A stretch of 64,000 nucleotides of DNA from an uncultured Burkholderiales bacterium (GTDB taxonomy: Bacteria; Pseudomonadota; Gammaproteobacteria; Burkholderiales; JALYOK01), in the NCBI GenBank assembly GCA_964488915.1, contig CAZAWU010000002.1, forward strand, positions 2,572 through 66,571, read 5' to 3'. Below are positions 28,211-38,186 of this stretch, in pieces (within the stretch, counting starts at the first letter, position 1; the number at the start of each line of letters is the position of its first letter). The position numbers were made by a program, and so were the translations under genes. Below the pieces are notes generated by a model. It saw only the letters and a program-made list of their open reading frames with translations, did no database searches and had not been told where the DNA came from.

Positions 28211-30778
28211 TTAAGCCGGCTGATTCGCGTCGTACACCTCGACGCGGTTGCGGCCGCTGCGCTTGGCCCGGTAAAGCGCGCGATCGGCCGCGCTCATCAG
28301 CACCTGCGCATCCCTGCCGTGCTCGGGATAGAGGGCTACGCCGCAAGAGATGCTGATGTGCCCGAGCGCCTCGGCGCGCGAGCGCACGCTCAGTTGCTCC
28401 ACAGCACGGCGCAGACCCTCAGCACGCTCACGCGCCGCATCGCCGCCCGCCTCCGGCATCAGCACCACGAACTCCTCGCCGCCCAAGCGGCACACGACAT
28501 CGCTCGCGCGCGTCTGCCGTTCCAATACCTGGGCGAGCGCTTGCAGGACTTCGTCGCCTGCCTCGTGCCCGAAGCGGTCATTGAAGCTCTTGAAGTAGTC
28601 CACGTCGAGCAGCAGCAGCGCCAACCCGGTAGGCTTGCGCTGAGCACGCGCCAGCTCGCGCACCAGCGACTCTTCAAAAAACCTTCGGTTGAAGAGTTTT
28701 GTCAACGGGTCACGAATGGATTGATTGCGCAATGTCTCGCGCAAGCGAATATTGGCGATGGCCAAAGCAACATAATCGGCCACTGTTTCAGCGTTGCTCC
28801 GGCCCGCCGTAGCCGAGAGCGGCAAAGCCGGTGCTACCGCGTCCCTTGCGCGTTGCTCCACGAACAACAAGCCCAGCGTCTCCGTTTGCGCCGACATGGG
28901 CACACATAGATAAGCGCCCGGCGCGTGGCTGTGATCAACGTGAGCGCACATCAGATCCGCGCTCGTGCCCGGCCACTCGTAGGGTTGCCCGCGGCGCAAC
29001 GCCCAGCAACTCATGGGTTCAAACACGTGCTCGGTCACCACGACATCGCCCCAGCTCGCCACGCACTCCAAGTAGTTGCGCGAACTCGGCATAACATACA
29101 GAGCGCCGGCGCTGTCCGGCAAAAGCTGCGGCGCGAATCGCTCCACGCTGCGATAGGCTTCGGCCAAGCTCATGCACGCCTGCAGCGTTTCCGCCAGCTC
29201 GTTGAGTAGAGCCGTTTGGCGTTGGCTGCGCGCTAAAGCCTCGTTTACGCCAGCCAGTTCCTTGGTGCGCTCTTTCACTTGATGATCGAGCACCAGATAG
29301 GAATCGCGCAGCGCCGCTTCGGTTTGTTTTTGCTCGGTCACGTCGCGGTGCGTGCCGATCATACGCCGCGCCCCGCGCGCATCGGTGATGATGGTGCCGC
29401 GCGTAGCGATCCAGCGGTAGCTGCCGTCGCGATGCCGTAAGCGAAATTCAACGTCATAATTCGCGGCCTTGCCGTCGCGATACGCGACAGCAGCCGCCAC
29501 GATGCCCACACGGTCGTCCGGATGGAGCCGGCTTTCCCACTCTTCGAACCTGCTCTGCAGCTCGTTCGGGCTGTAGCCAAGTTGCTGTTTCCAGATCGGC
29601 GAAAAATACACTTCGTTGGTATCGAGATTCCAATCCCAAATGCCGGTGTTGGAGGCTTGCACTGCCAACTCGAAGCGAGATTCATTCTCGCGCAACGCCG
29701 CGGTCATCTGTGTGGCGAGCGCCTCGGCGCGCGCGCGCCCCGTCGCCAAATTGCGCAGCGCGCCAAACAACAACAAACTTAAAGCCGTACCTCCAGCCAG
29801 CACCGCCCAAGGCCAATCCCCTAGCACCCGGCTCTCGTACGCGGGCAAACTGCCGATGTAAAGTCGCCAGTCGCGCCCGCTTACGCGCAACTCCACGGCG
29901 CGTTCGAAACGCGGACGGATCGATCCGGCGCCGCGCAAGACCTTGTCGCTGTCGAGCATCAAGGCATCAGGCTCGACTCGAGCGCCGTCGTACAACTCCA
30001 AATCCAAATCCAGCGGTTTGCCTTCGAAGATCCCTCGGAGCAAATCACCAACTCGAAATGGACTGTAAGCGTACCCGGCTAACGCGGCGCGCCGCTGCTC
30101 GACCGTCGCAGTAGGCACCCCACGGCGGTAAACAGGCACGTACATGAGGAAACCGGCTTGCGCATCCTGCTCGGTTTCTTGCACCAGTTTCACTTTACCG
30201 GACAAGCGCGCTTCACCGCTGTCGCGTGCCGCCTGCATCGCGGCGCGCCGCACTGACTCGGAGAACATGTCGTAACCGAAGGCGCGCAAGTTGCGTCCGG
30301 TGAATGGCTCCAGGTAGACGATTGCGGTGTATTCCTCGCGCGCACCGGGCGGGGTAACGTCATAAGTCGGAAAGCCCTCGGCGCGCACGGCGGCGATGTG
30401 CGCGGGCAGCTCTTCCGGTGCGATACGGGCGGCGAAACCCACACCTTGGATGCCCGGGTAGGCGCGATCCAGCACCAGCGCTTCGACATACTCACGCCAC
30501 GCAGTACGGTTCAGGCTCGACGATGCATGCGCGAAACCAGCGACGCCGTGCAAGATCTGCTCGTAGGACAACATGCGCCGCTGAATCGCATACTTGGTCT
30601 GCTGCACATGGTTGTCGAAGTCCTCTTGTGCAGCGCGCTGCTCGCGGTCGCGCACGCTGCGCCAGACCCATAGTGTCGCCACCAACGCACAGACCAACAC
30701 CACCCACGCGAGCGCCTTGCTCCAGGCCAACGAACGCGCTGGCGTTCCGCCGTCCCCCTTATTGTGATCGTTCTGCAA
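28211..30778 (-). CDS. membrane sensor diguanylate cyclase (CHASE-TM-PAS-GAF-GGDEF)
   Basis: 855 aa. N-terminal TM plus CHASE-like periplasmic domain, PAS (WDWNLDTNEVYFSPIWKQQLGY), GAF-like segment, and a C-terminal GGDEF domain with RLGGEEFVVLM. Confidence 0.88.
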   Translation of the reverse strand: MQNDHNKGDGGTPARSLAWSKALAWVVLVCALVATLWVWRSVRDREQRAAQEDFDNHVQQTKYAIQRRMLSYEQILHGVAGFAHASSSLNRTAWREYVEALVLDRAYPGIQGVGFAARIAPEELPAHIAAVRAEGFPTYDVTPPGAREEYTAIVYLEPFTGRNLRAFGYDMFSESVRRAAMQAARDSGEARLSGKVKLVQETEQDAQAGFLMYVPVYRRGVPTATVEQRRAALAGYAYSPFRVGDLLRGIFEGKPLDLDLELYDGARVEPDALMLDSDKVLRGAGSIRPRFERAVELRVSGRDWRLYIGSLPAYESRVLGDWPWAVLAGGTALSLLLFGALRNLATGRARAEALATQMTAALRENESRFELAVQASNTGIWDWNLDTNEVYFSPIWKQQLGYSPNELQSRFEEWESRLHPDDRVGIVAAAVAYRDGKAANYDVEFRLRHRDGSYRWIATRGTIITDARGARRMIGTHRDVTEQKQTEAALRDSYLVLDHQVKERTKELAGVNEALARSQRQTALLNELAETLQACMSLAEAYRSVERFAPQLLPDSAGALYVMPSSRNYLECVASWGDVVVTEHVFEPMSCWALRRGQPYEWPGTSADLMCAHVDHSHAPGAYLCVPMSAQTETLGLLFVEQRARDAVAPALPLSATAGRSNAETVADYVALAIANIRLRETLRNQSIRDPLTKLFNRRFFEESLVRELARAQRKPTGLALLLLDVDYFKSFNDRFGHEAGDEVLQALAQVLERQTRASDVVCRLGGEEFVVLMPEAGGDAARERAEGLRRAVEQLSVRSRAEALGHISISCGVALYPEHGRDAQVLMSAADRALYRAKRSGRNRVEVYDANQPA

Positions 30779-30814
30779 GTACTTGCTTCCTTACCCGCTG
30801 GGCCGGCCAGCCAA

Positions 30815-32491
30815 TCACGCTGTTCCAGCTAGCTTCCTCGCTTGCTCACGCAAGACAAACTTCTGAATTTTTCCCGTGGAAGTTTTCGGTATCGGCCCGA
30901 AAATCACTGTCTTCGGTACTTTGAAACGCGCCAAGCGCGCGCGGCAGAACTCGATCATTTCCGCTTCCGTCGCTTGCGCGCCTTCTTTCAGCTCCACGAA
31001 CGCGCACGGCGTCTCGCCCCACTTCTCGTCGTGGCGCGCGACCACCGCTGCGAGCATCACCGCTGGGTGCCGATGCAGCACATCTTCGACTTCGAGCGAG
31101 GAAATATTCTCGCCACCGGAGATGATGATGTCCTTGGAGCGGTCCTTGATCTTGGCGTAGCCATCCGGATACCACACGGCCAAGTCGCCGCTGTGAAACC
31201 AGCCGCCGGCAAAAGACTCTTCGGTGGCTTTTTTGTTCTTGAGATAACCCTTCATAGTCATGTTGCCGCGGAAGAATATCTCGCCCATGGTCTCGCCGTC
31301 CTTGGGGACCGGCTGCAGCGTGACCGGGTCGGCGACCATCATGTCTTCCTGTAGCTGATACGGCTTCCCCTGGCGGCCGTTCATCTGTGCGCGTTCTTCC
31401 AGCGAAAGCGCATCCCATTCGGGATGCTGCGGGCAGACTGCCGCCGGGCCGTACACTTCGGTCAGACCGTACACATGCATCAAGTGAAAGCCCATGCGCT
31501 CCATGCCTTCGATCACCGCTACCGGTGGCGCGGCGCCGGCGACGAATACGTTCACTCTGTGATCGATGCCCTGCCGCCATTCGGGCGGCGCATTGATGAG
31601 TGTGGCCTGTACGATCGGCGCGCCGCAGTAGTGCGTCACTTTGTGTTCGCGAATGAGGTCGAAGATGAGCTTGGCGTCGACCTTGCGCAAGCACACGTTG
31701 GTGCCTGAAACCGCCGCGATCACCCAGGGAAAGGTCCACCCATTGCAGTGGAACATCGGCAATGTCCAAAGATACACGGGTAGCGGTGACATGCCCTGCC
31801 ACGCTAACACATTGCCCACCGAGCTCAGATACGCGCCGCGGTGATGCGTGACCACACCTTTCGGATTCCCGGTGGTCCCGGAGGTGTAGCCCAGGGCAAT
31901 GGCGTCCCATTCATCGCCCGGTAGACGAAAAGCGAAGTTCGGCTCCCCCTGCTGCAAGAACGCCTCATACTCCATTTCGCCCAAGAGCTTGTTGGCCACG
32001 TATTTGCGCTCGCCTTCCGCATCGGCCGTATCGCGGAAATACTGCGCATCGTCGATATCGATCACCAACGGCCTTTTGTCCGTCAACGTCAGCGCCTTTT
32101 CGATGATGGGCGCGAATTCACGCTCAGTGAGCAGTACTTTGGCTTCGCCGTGGTTTAACTGAAACGCGATCGCCTCGGCGTCGAGGCGTGTATTGAGCGC
32201 ATTGATCACCGCGCCGCTCATCGGAATGCCGAAGTGCGCTTCGTACATGGCGATGATGTTCGAGCACATGATCGCGACCGTATCGCCAGTGCCGATGCCG
32301 CACTGAGCTAGCGCGGAGGCGAAGCGCCGGCAACGCTCGTAGGTCTGCGCCCATGTGATGTGGCGCTTGCCGTGAATCAAAGCGAGGCGCTGGGGATAAA
32401 CCGATGCTGTCCAGCGCAGGAAGCTCAGCGGACTAAGCGCCGTGTAGTTTGCTTGGTTCTTTTGCAGGTCGACGTTGTACCAATTTGGCAT
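30815..32491 (-). CDS. acyl-CoA synthetase / AMP-dependent ligase
   Basis: 558 aa. AMP-binding signature [11 protein letters not shown] and C-terminal [10 protein letters not shown]. Confidence 0.9.
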   Translation of the reverse strand: MPNWYNVDLQKNQANYTALSPLSFLRWTASVYPQRLALIHGKRHITWAQTYERCRRFASALAQCGIGTGDTVAIMCSNIIAMYEAHFGIPMSGAVINALNTRLDAEAIAFQLNHGEAKVLLTEREFAPIIEKALTLTDKRPLVIDIDDAQYFRDTADAEGERKYVANKLLGEMEYEAFLQQGEPNFAFRLPGDEWDAIALGYTSGTTGNPKGVVTHHRGAYLSSVGNVLAWQGMSPLPVYLWTLPMFHCNGWTFPWVIAAVSGTNVCLRKVDAKLIFDLIREHKVTHYCGAPIVQATLINAPPEWRQGIDHRVNVFVAGAAPPVAVIEGMERMGFHLMHVYGLTEVYGPAAVCPQHPEWDALSLEERAQMNGRQGKPYQLQEDMMVADPVTLQPVPKDGETMGEIFFRGNMTMKGYLKNKKATEESFAGGWFHSGDLAVWYPDGYAKIKDRSKDIIISGGENISSLEVEDVLHRHPAVMLAAVVARHDEKWGETPCAFVELKEGAQATEAEMIEFCRARLARFKVPKTVIFGPIPKTSTGKIQKFVLREQARKLAGTA

Positions 32492-32530
32492 ACGAAAAAC
32501 CTAAGGTGCATGTGTGTGAGATACACAATC

Positions 32531-32597
32531 CCGTTCGCCCTGAGCCGGTCGAAGGGCCTCGGAAATCAGTGTGGTTCGACAAGCTCACCGCGAACGG
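32531..32597. repeat. REP/MITE-like imperfect palindrome
   Basis: Left arm CCGTTCGCCCTGAGCCGGTCGAA (32531-32553). Right arm TTCGACAAGCTCACCGCGAACGG (32575-32597), whose reverse complement is CCGTTCGCGGTGAGCTTGTCGAA. The element translates as the spurious peptide PVRPEPVEG...WFDKLTANG. Confidence 0.6.
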
Positions 32598-32694
32598 AAC
32601 AGGCAAACTGTGCGCAGGGCGCCTGCAGCCATTTCGCCCATTCTGCCCCGAGTCCGCTCGGTTTGCCACCACCGTTCGCTCAAGGGGCCTCGGT

Positions 32695-32700
32695 TATAAT
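32695..32700 (+). promoter_or_regulatory. candidate -10 hexamer TATAAT upstream of scoA
   Basis: Perfect TATAAT 28 nt upstream of ATG 32728. No clear -35 element. Confidence 0.3.
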
Positions 32701-32727
32701 CGCCGCGCATATCCGATAGGAAAGGTG

Positions 32728-33432
32728 ATGAACAAGCTCTATCCCAGCGCTCAAGCTGCACTTGCGGGCGTCGTCAAAAACAACCAACTTATCGCAGTCG
32801 GTGGCTTCGGCTTGTGCGGCATTCCCGAGGCGCTCATTGCCGCGCTGCGCGATTCGAGCGTCAAAGGCTTGACCGTCATTTCCAACAACGCCGGCGTCGA
32901 CGGCTTCGGCCTCGGCTTGCTGCTGGAGACGCGCCAGATCAAGAAAATGATCTCCTCTTACGTCGGCGAGAACAAAGAGTTCGAACGCCAATATCTCGCC
33001 AACGAACTCGAACTCGAGTTCACCCCGCAAGGCACACTAGCGGAGAAACTCCGCGCGGGAGGCGCCGGCATTCCAGCGTTTTTCACCCGTACCGGCGTCG
33101 GCACACTGGTAGCCGAAGGCAAGGAAACGCGTGAGTTCGACGGTCATGTCTACGTTATGGAGCGCGCACTCAACCCGGAAGTGGCTCTCGTCAAAGCCCA
33201 CATCGCGGATAAGAGCGGCAACTTGGTATTCCGCCGCACCGCACGCAACTTCAATCCTGCGGCGGCGATGGCCGGCAAGACCACCATCGTCGAAGTGGAA
33301 CACCTGGTCGAAGTCGGCGACCTCGATCCTGACGACGTGCATCTGCCCGGCATCTACGTACATCGCATCGTCGTCAACGCACACCCGGAAAAGCGCATCG
33401 AGAAGCGCACGATTTCAGAGAAGAAGGCTTAA
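32728..33432 (+). CDS. scoA: succinyl-CoA:3-ketoacid CoA-transferase subunit A
   Basis: Start at ATG 32728 ([37 protein letters not shown]). About 234 aa. The upstream part of the track ORF is the translated REP element. Confidence 0.92.
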   Translation: MNKLYPSAQAALAGVVKNNQLIAVGGFGLCGIPEALIAALRDSSVKGLTVISNNAGVDGFGLGLLLETRQIKKMISSYVGENKEFERQYLANELELEFTPQGTLAEKLRAGGAGIPAFFTRTGVGTLVAEGKETREFDGHVYVMERALNPEVALVKAHIADKSGNLVFRRTARNFNPAAAMAGKTTIVEVEHLVEVGDLDPDDVHLPGIYVHRIVVNAHPEKRIEKRTISEKKA

Positions 33433-33436
33433 GCAT

Positions 33437-34075
33437 ATGCCTTGGACCCAAGACCAAATGGCCGCGCGCGCCGCGCAAGAACTGCAAGACGGCTTCTACG
33501 TTAATCTCGGCATCGGCTTACCGACGCTGGTTGCAAACCACGTGCGTAAAGACATCGAAGTGTGGCTACAGAGCGAAAACGGCATGCTCGGTATCGGTCC
33601 TTTCCCGACGGAAGATGAGGTAGACGCCGATCTCATCAACGCCGGCAAGCAAACCGTCACCACGATCGCCGGGTCATCCATCTTCGGTTCGCACGACAGC
33701 TTCGCCATGATTCGAGGGGGCAAGATCAATTTGTCAATCCTCGGCGCCATGCAGGTGAGCGAGAACGGTGACCTCGCTAACTGGATGATCCCCGGCAAGA
33801 TGGTCAAAGGCATGGGTGGCGCCATGGATCTGGTCGCGGGCGTCGGGCGGGTGCTGGTGTTGATGGAGCATGTGGCGAAAAAGAAAGATGGCACCACCGA
33901 CATGAAAATCTTACCCAAATGCACGCTGCCGCTAACGGGTGTCGGCGTGGTAAACCGCATCATCACCGATTTGGGGGTCATGGACATCACCCCGCGGGGA
34001 ATTAAAGTTGTGGAACTAGCGCCGGGGGTAACGCAGGAGGAAATTCAATCGAAAACGGCAGTGCCGCTAGGCTAG
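33437..34075 (+). CDS. scoB: succinyl-CoA:3-ketoacid CoA-transferase subunit B
   Basis: Start at ATG 33437 ([30 protein letters not shown]). Catalytic-Glu region [12 protein letters not shown]. About 212 aa. Confidence 0.92.
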   Translation: MPWTQDQMAARAAQELQDGFYVNLGIGLPTLVANHVRKDIEVWLQSENGMLGIGPFPTEDEVDADLINAGKQTVTTIAGSSIFGSHDSFAMIRGGKINLSILGAMQVSENGDLANWMIPGKMVKGMGGAMDLVAGVGRVLVLMEHVAKKKDGTTDMKILPKCTLPLTGVGVVNRIITDLGVMDITPRGIKVVELAPGVTQEEIQSKTAVPLG

Positions 34076-34201
34076 GCGTAAGCTAGGCGCGACTTGTCTT
34101 TGCGCCGCGCGTACTCCAACTATTCGTTCAAGTTGTTGGCTTCTCACCAGTAGAGGCCCAGTGAGGGCCTGGTTCCACTGATCCAATCATCCTGAAGCAA
34201 T

Positions 34202-34277
34202 TGGAGCGGGAGACGAGTCTCGAACTCGCGACCTCAACCTTGGCAAGGTTGCGCTCTACCAACTGAGCTACTCCCGC
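34202..34277 (-). tRNA. tRNA-Gly (anticodon GCC)
   Basis: The reverse complement reads GCGGGAGTAGCTCAGTTGGTAGAGCGCAACCTTGCCAAGGTTGAGGTCGCGAGTTCGAGACTCGTCTCCCGCTCCA (76 nt, CCA encoded). Coordinates calibrated on spurious track ORF 34128..34313. Confidence 0.95.
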
Positions 34278-34449
34278 AAGAGCGAGCGCGAATTCTACGC
34301 GTTCGCGGCTCAACGTGTCAAACTGGTCAGCCTACAGGGCCATGTACTATCTGACAAATCACTTCTGAAGCAACCGACCAGCCCTTACTCTTCCTTAGTA
34401 TAGATCAAGGCCTGCTGCATCGCCACGCGGGCCGAGCGCAGGCTGCGCA

Positions 34450-34725
34450 TCAATTCACCGGAACCGTACCTGTCTTCGCGCAAGCATCCGGAATCAAGTG
34501 GGTATCCGGTGCGATCGCTTCCAGCGGCGACGCATAAATTGCATAGCCTGAGTCGCGATGCCACTGCAGGTAAGCGTCGACTTCGGCGTTCTGGGGCGAT
34601 TGTGCCCCCGAGGTGGCGGTGCTTGGTCTGACTGCCTTGCCCGCTTCAGTCTCTGTCATTCGCCCCGCATTGGCGCTGATCGCCACAATGCTCAGTACTA
34701 TCGCCAGGGCCAGTTTTTCGCGCAT
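34450..34725 (-). CDS. small secreted hypothetical protein
   Basis: 91 aa. Signal peptide MREKLALAIVLSIVAISANA and a good SD (GGAGG 5 nt before the ATG). Confidence 0.55.
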   Translation of the reverse strand: MREKLALAIVLSIVAISANAGRMTETEAGKAVRPSTATSGAQSPQNAEVDAYLQWHRDSGYAIYASPLEAIAPDTHLIPDACAKTGTVPVN

Positions 34726-34823
34726 CGGTGCCTCCGCTTTGATCGGTTGGGGCCAAAAGTCTGGTGCAATTGATGCGCCGCGTCAACGCTTGCACCAGTG
34801 TGCTGCGGCCCCGCTCAGGTAGT

Positions 34824-35495
34824 ATGGCTGACACGATGAACGCACGCATCGATCATTTGGTTGTCGTCGCTGCTTCGCTCGCACAGGGCGCGGCCTGGGT
34901 TCGCGCGAGCTTCGGAGCGGAGCCGGCGGCGGGCGGCCAGCATCTGTTCATGGGCACGCACAACCTATTGCTGCGCGTCGGCGCCGACGTGTACCTGGAG
35001 ATCATTGCTATCGATCCCGCGCAACCACAGCCGGCGCGGGCGCGCTGGTTTGAGATGGATCGCCCCTACATGCAGGTCGCAGTGCGAGACGCACCGCGTT
35101 TGGTTCATTTCGTCGCACGCACGGACGATCTCGACTCCGCGATGCAGCGCGCCAAGCATGCGCCCGGCGTCGCGCTTGCCGCCTCGCGCGGTCAATTGCG
35201 CTGGCGCATCACTGTGCCGCAGGACGGCGCGCTCATCGAGCAGGGTTTGGTGCCGACTTTGATTCAGTGGCAAGGCGCCGCGCCGAGCGTGCTATTACCC
35301 GATTCCGCTGTGCGCCTGCGCCGTGTCGCAGCGAGACATCCTGAACCTGCGCGCTTGCAAACTCTGTACGACGCGATTGGATTGGAAGGCGTGACGGTCG
35401 AAGCCGGTACGCAGTCCGAATTGATCGCCGAGTTCGACACACCCGCGGGCGCGCTGCACCTTAGCAGCAAACCGACTGTCCGGTCGCGCGCCTAA
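34824..35495 (+). CDS. VOC/glyoxalase-like domain protein
   Basis: Start at ATG 34824 (MADTMNARIDHLVVVAASLAQGAAW). The IDHLVV... and GTHNLLLRVG pattern is typical of the glyoxalase-like domain family. Confidence 0.6.
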   Translation: MADTMNARIDHLVVVAASLAQGAAWVRASFGAEPAAGGQHLFMGTHNLLLRVGADVYLEIIAIDPAQPQPARARWFEMDRPYMQVAVRDAPRLVHFVARTDDLDSAMQRAKHAPGVALAASRGQLRWRITVPQDGALIEQGLVPTLIQWQGAAPSVLLPDSAVRLRRVAARHPEPARLQTLYDAIGLEGVTVEAGTQSELIAEFDTPAGALHLSSKPTVRSRA

Positions 35496-35695
35496 TTGTC
35501 GCGCTCGAACGCTTCGACCTCGACGCTATCGCTCGGGTACGCACGGCGAGCGACGCTCGCGACTTTCACGGCGGGCGCTTTACGCGCGTAAGCTTGTGCG
35601 TTGGCGGCATTGCTCCAACGCCCGTCTGCGTTGAAATAAACGGGTCGCGATTGATTCTTACGCACGCGGCGCACGCGAAACCATTGCTGTTTCAT
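35492..35695 (-). CDS. possible small basic protein (67 aa) downstream of pgsA
   Basis: ATG 2 nt after the pgsA stop: MKQQWFRVRRVRKNQSRPVYFNADGRW... No family recognised and the SD is weak. Its end overlaps the convergent VOC gene stop. Confidence 0.3.
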   Translation of the reverse strand: MKQQWFRVRRVRKNQSRPVYFNADGRWSNAANAQAYARKAPAVKVASVARRAYPSDSVEVEAFERDN

Positions 35696-35697
35696 GA

Positions 35698-36294
35698 CTA
35701 GGCTTCGATTTCTCTCGGCTTCTTGCGCGGCCGCGCGGCGATCGGCAATGCCATTCTGAGGTAGTGGAACATAGACCACAGCGTCAGTGCGGCGGCGACC
35801 CAAATCAGCCAGGTGCCGACTTGCTTCGCGTTGAACAATCCAAACACGCTGTCGCGATACAGTAAGAACGGAATCGCGACCATCTGCGCGATGGTTTTGA
35901 TTTTGCCGAGCACCGACACCGCGACGCTTTTGCTTTCTCCCAATTGCGCCATCCACTCGCGCAGCGCCGAGATGGCGATCTCACGCCCAATGATGATGAA
36001 CGCGACCGCGGCATTCACGCGGTTGAGCTCCACCAAACAAACCAGCGCCGCCGCCACCATGAGTTTGTCCGCTACCGGGTCGAGGAAGGCGCCGAAGGCG
36101 GAGGTCTGATTCCAACTGCGTGCCAAGTAGCCATCGAGCCAGTCGGTCAGCGCTGCGGCGATGAAAATTCCCATCGCGGCCAAATTGCCGTTGCGGCTGT
36201 CGATCAACTCTTCCGGGAGGTACAAAATTGCGACGAACAGCGGCACCAGCAGGATGCGCAGCCACGTCAGCAGCATCGGAATGTTGAATGGCAT
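35698..36294 (-). CDS. pgsA: CDP-diacylglycerol--glycerol-3-phosphate 3-phosphatidyltransferase
   Basis: 198 aa. CDP-alcohol phosphatidyltransferase motif DWLDGYLAR...GAFLDPVADK. Confidence 0.93.
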   Translation of the reverse strand: MPFNIPMLLTWLRILLVPLFVAILYLPEELIDSRNGNLAAMGIFIAAALTDWLDGYLARSWNQTSAFGAFLDPVADKLMVAAALVCLVELNRVNAAVAFIIIGREIAISALREWMAQLGESKSVAVSVLGKIKTIAQMVAIPFLLYRDSVFGLFNAKQVGTWLIWVAAALTLWSMFHYLRMALPIAARPRKKPREIEA

Positions 36295-36352
36295 GCGTAT
36301 CAGTTTACCGAAAAACCTTCTAGTCTCGAAACGTTAGTGTCGCAGCGAACGC

Positions 36353-38167
36353 TCAATGCAGTTGCGCATAAATCTTGTGCGCGAGTTCGCGGCTGATACC
36401 CTCCACCATCGCCAGATCGTCCGCGCTCGCCGAGAGCACACCACGCAAACCGCCGAAGTGCGTCAGCAGTTTCTGCCTGCGCTTGGCGCCGATGCCAGAA
36501 ATCTCTTCCAACGACGATTTCACCCGCGCTTTGCCGCGGCGATTGCGGTGGCCAGTAATGGCGAAGCGATGCGCCTCGTCGCGGATCTGCTGGATGAGAT
36601 GCAAGGCCGGATGATCGGCGCCTAGTTGCAGCGTTTCCTCGCGGTCGGGGAACACCAACTGCTCCAGCCCGGCTTTGCGCGCTTCGCCCTTGGCGATGCC
36701 GACGATCGGCACGCCGCTGACGCCCAGCTCATTCAAGATCTCGGCCGCCGCGCCCACTTGCCCTTTGCCGCCGTCGATGAACACCAGATCCGGCAGCACG
36801 CCCTCCCCCGCGCTGACTTTGCCGTAGCGCCGCGCCAGCACTTCACGCATGGCGCCATAATCGTCGCCGGGTTTGACTTCGCGCATGTTGTAGCGCCGGT
36901 ATTGGCTCGGCTGCAGCTTGCCCTGGTCAAACACCACGCACGCGGCGACCGCCGCCTCGCCCATGGTGTGACTGATATCGAAGCATTCGAAGCGCTGGGC
37001 TTCCGCAGGAAGCGAAAGCGCGGCACGTAACTGTTCCAGCCGCTGCGCCTGCGCCCCGTCGCTGGTGCGCCGCTGCGCCAGGGCCAGTTCGGCGTTCTGC
37101 AGCGCCATCGTCAGCCAGTGGCCCAGCTCGCCGGTTGCGCGGCTTTTGATCTGCACCTTGCGGCCGGCCTGCTCCGAAAGAGCGGCCGCGATCGCCGCGC
37201 CGCCGTCCTGCTCGCCGTCGCCCAACTCGACATTGCTGAGGATTACGCTCGGCGCTTGCCGGTCGGCGTAGTGTTGCATCAGAAACGCCTCGACCACCTC
37301 CGCCATCTCCGCGCCTTCGGCGTTGCTGGGGAACAAGCTCTTGTCACCTAAATGACGACCGCCACGCACCATCACGAAATTGACGCAGACCATACCGCCT
37401 TCGGTGCGCGCGGCGACGATGTCGACGTCGCGCTCGGACTCGCTCACCACGTATTGCTTGGTGATGACGCGCTGCAGCGACTGGATCTGATCGCGAAACA
37501 CCGCAGCCTGCTCGAACTCGAGCGCCGCGGAGGCAGCCTCCATCTGCTGCTGCAGCCCGCGCAGCACCTCCTCCGGTTTGCCCGCCAGGAACAACTTCGC
37601 GTGGCCGATGTCGCGCGCATAGTCGGCAACATCGATGGTGCCGACACACGGCGCCGAACAGCGCTTGATCTGGTGCAACAGGCACGGACGCGAGCGGTTG
37701 GCGAACACCGTGTCTTCACAGGTGCGCAGACGAAAGACTTTTTGCAGCACGCCGATGGTTTCGCGTACCGCCCAGGCGGTGGCGTAGGGACCGTAGTAGT
37801 CGTTGCTCTTGTCGAACGCGCCGCGATAGAAACGGATCTGCGGAAAGGCGTGTCCGGTCACCATGATATAGGGGTAACTTTTATCATCCCGAAACATGAT
37901 GTTATAACGTGGATTTAAAGATTTTATGAGATTATTTTCGAGGATCAACGCTTCCCACTCAGTGCGTGTGACCGTCGTTTCCACACTCGCTACTTGCCCT
38001 ACCATGATCTGGGTGCGCGGGCTGAGCGAGGTTTTCTGGAAGTAGGAGGACACCCGCTTCTTCAAGTCACGCGCTTTGCCGACGTAGATGACATCGCCTT
38101 GCGTGCTCAACATTCGATATACCCCTGGAAGATTAGGGATGTCTTTTAGAATCGTCTTGATATCCAG
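36353..38167 (-). CDS. uvrC: excinuclease ABC subunit C
   Basis: GIY-YIG N-terminus (VIYVGKARDLKKRVSSYF), UvrBC-interaction, endonuclease and C-terminal HhH domains. The first ATG (38113) cuts off the conserved N-terminus. The frame stays open upstream and encodes LDIKTILKDIPNLPGVYR, so I extend to CTG 38167. The exact start is uncertain. Confidence 0.9.
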   Translation of the reverse strand: MDIKTILKDIPNLPGVYRMLSTQGDVIYVGKARDLKKRVSSYFQKTSLSPRTQIMVGQVASVETTVTRTEWEALILENNLIKSLNPRYNIMFRDDKSYPYIMVTGHAFPQIRFYRGAFDKSNDYYGPYATAWAVRETIGVLQKVFRLRTCEDTVFANRSRPCLLHQIKRCSAPCVGTIDVADYARDIGHAKLFLAGKPEEVLRGLQQQMEAASAALEFEQAAVFRDQIQSLQRVITKQYVVSESERDVDIVAARTEGGMVCVNFVMVRGGRHLGDKSLFPSNAEGAEMAEVVEAFLMQHYADRQAPSVILSNVELGDGEQDGGAAIAAALSEQAGRKVQIKSRATGELGHWLTMALQNAELALAQRRTSDGAQAQRLEQLRAALSLPAEAQRFECFDISHTMGEAAVAACVVFDQGKLQPSQYRRYNMREVKPGDDYGAMREVLARRYGKVSAGEGVLPDLVFIDGGKGQVGAAAEILNELGVSGVPIVGIAKGEARKAGLEQLVFPDREETLQLGADHPALHLIQQIRDEAHRFAITGHRNRRGKARVKSSLEEISGIGAKRRQKLLTHFGGLRGVLSASADDLAMVEGISRELAHKIYAQLH

Positions 38168-38186
38168 AGTTATTCCCCTAGATGTA

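Noticed and set aside
30846-31910. A 354-aa ORF in an alternative frame on the same strand as the acyl-CoA synthetase gene.
   Set aside because: Extremely Arg/Gly/Ala-rich with no recognisable domain. The other frame carries the AMP-binding signature.
34128-34313. A 61-aa ORF on the minus strand.
   Set aside because: It is the translation of tRNA-Gly(GCC) and its flanks. The tRNA cloverleaf explains the region.
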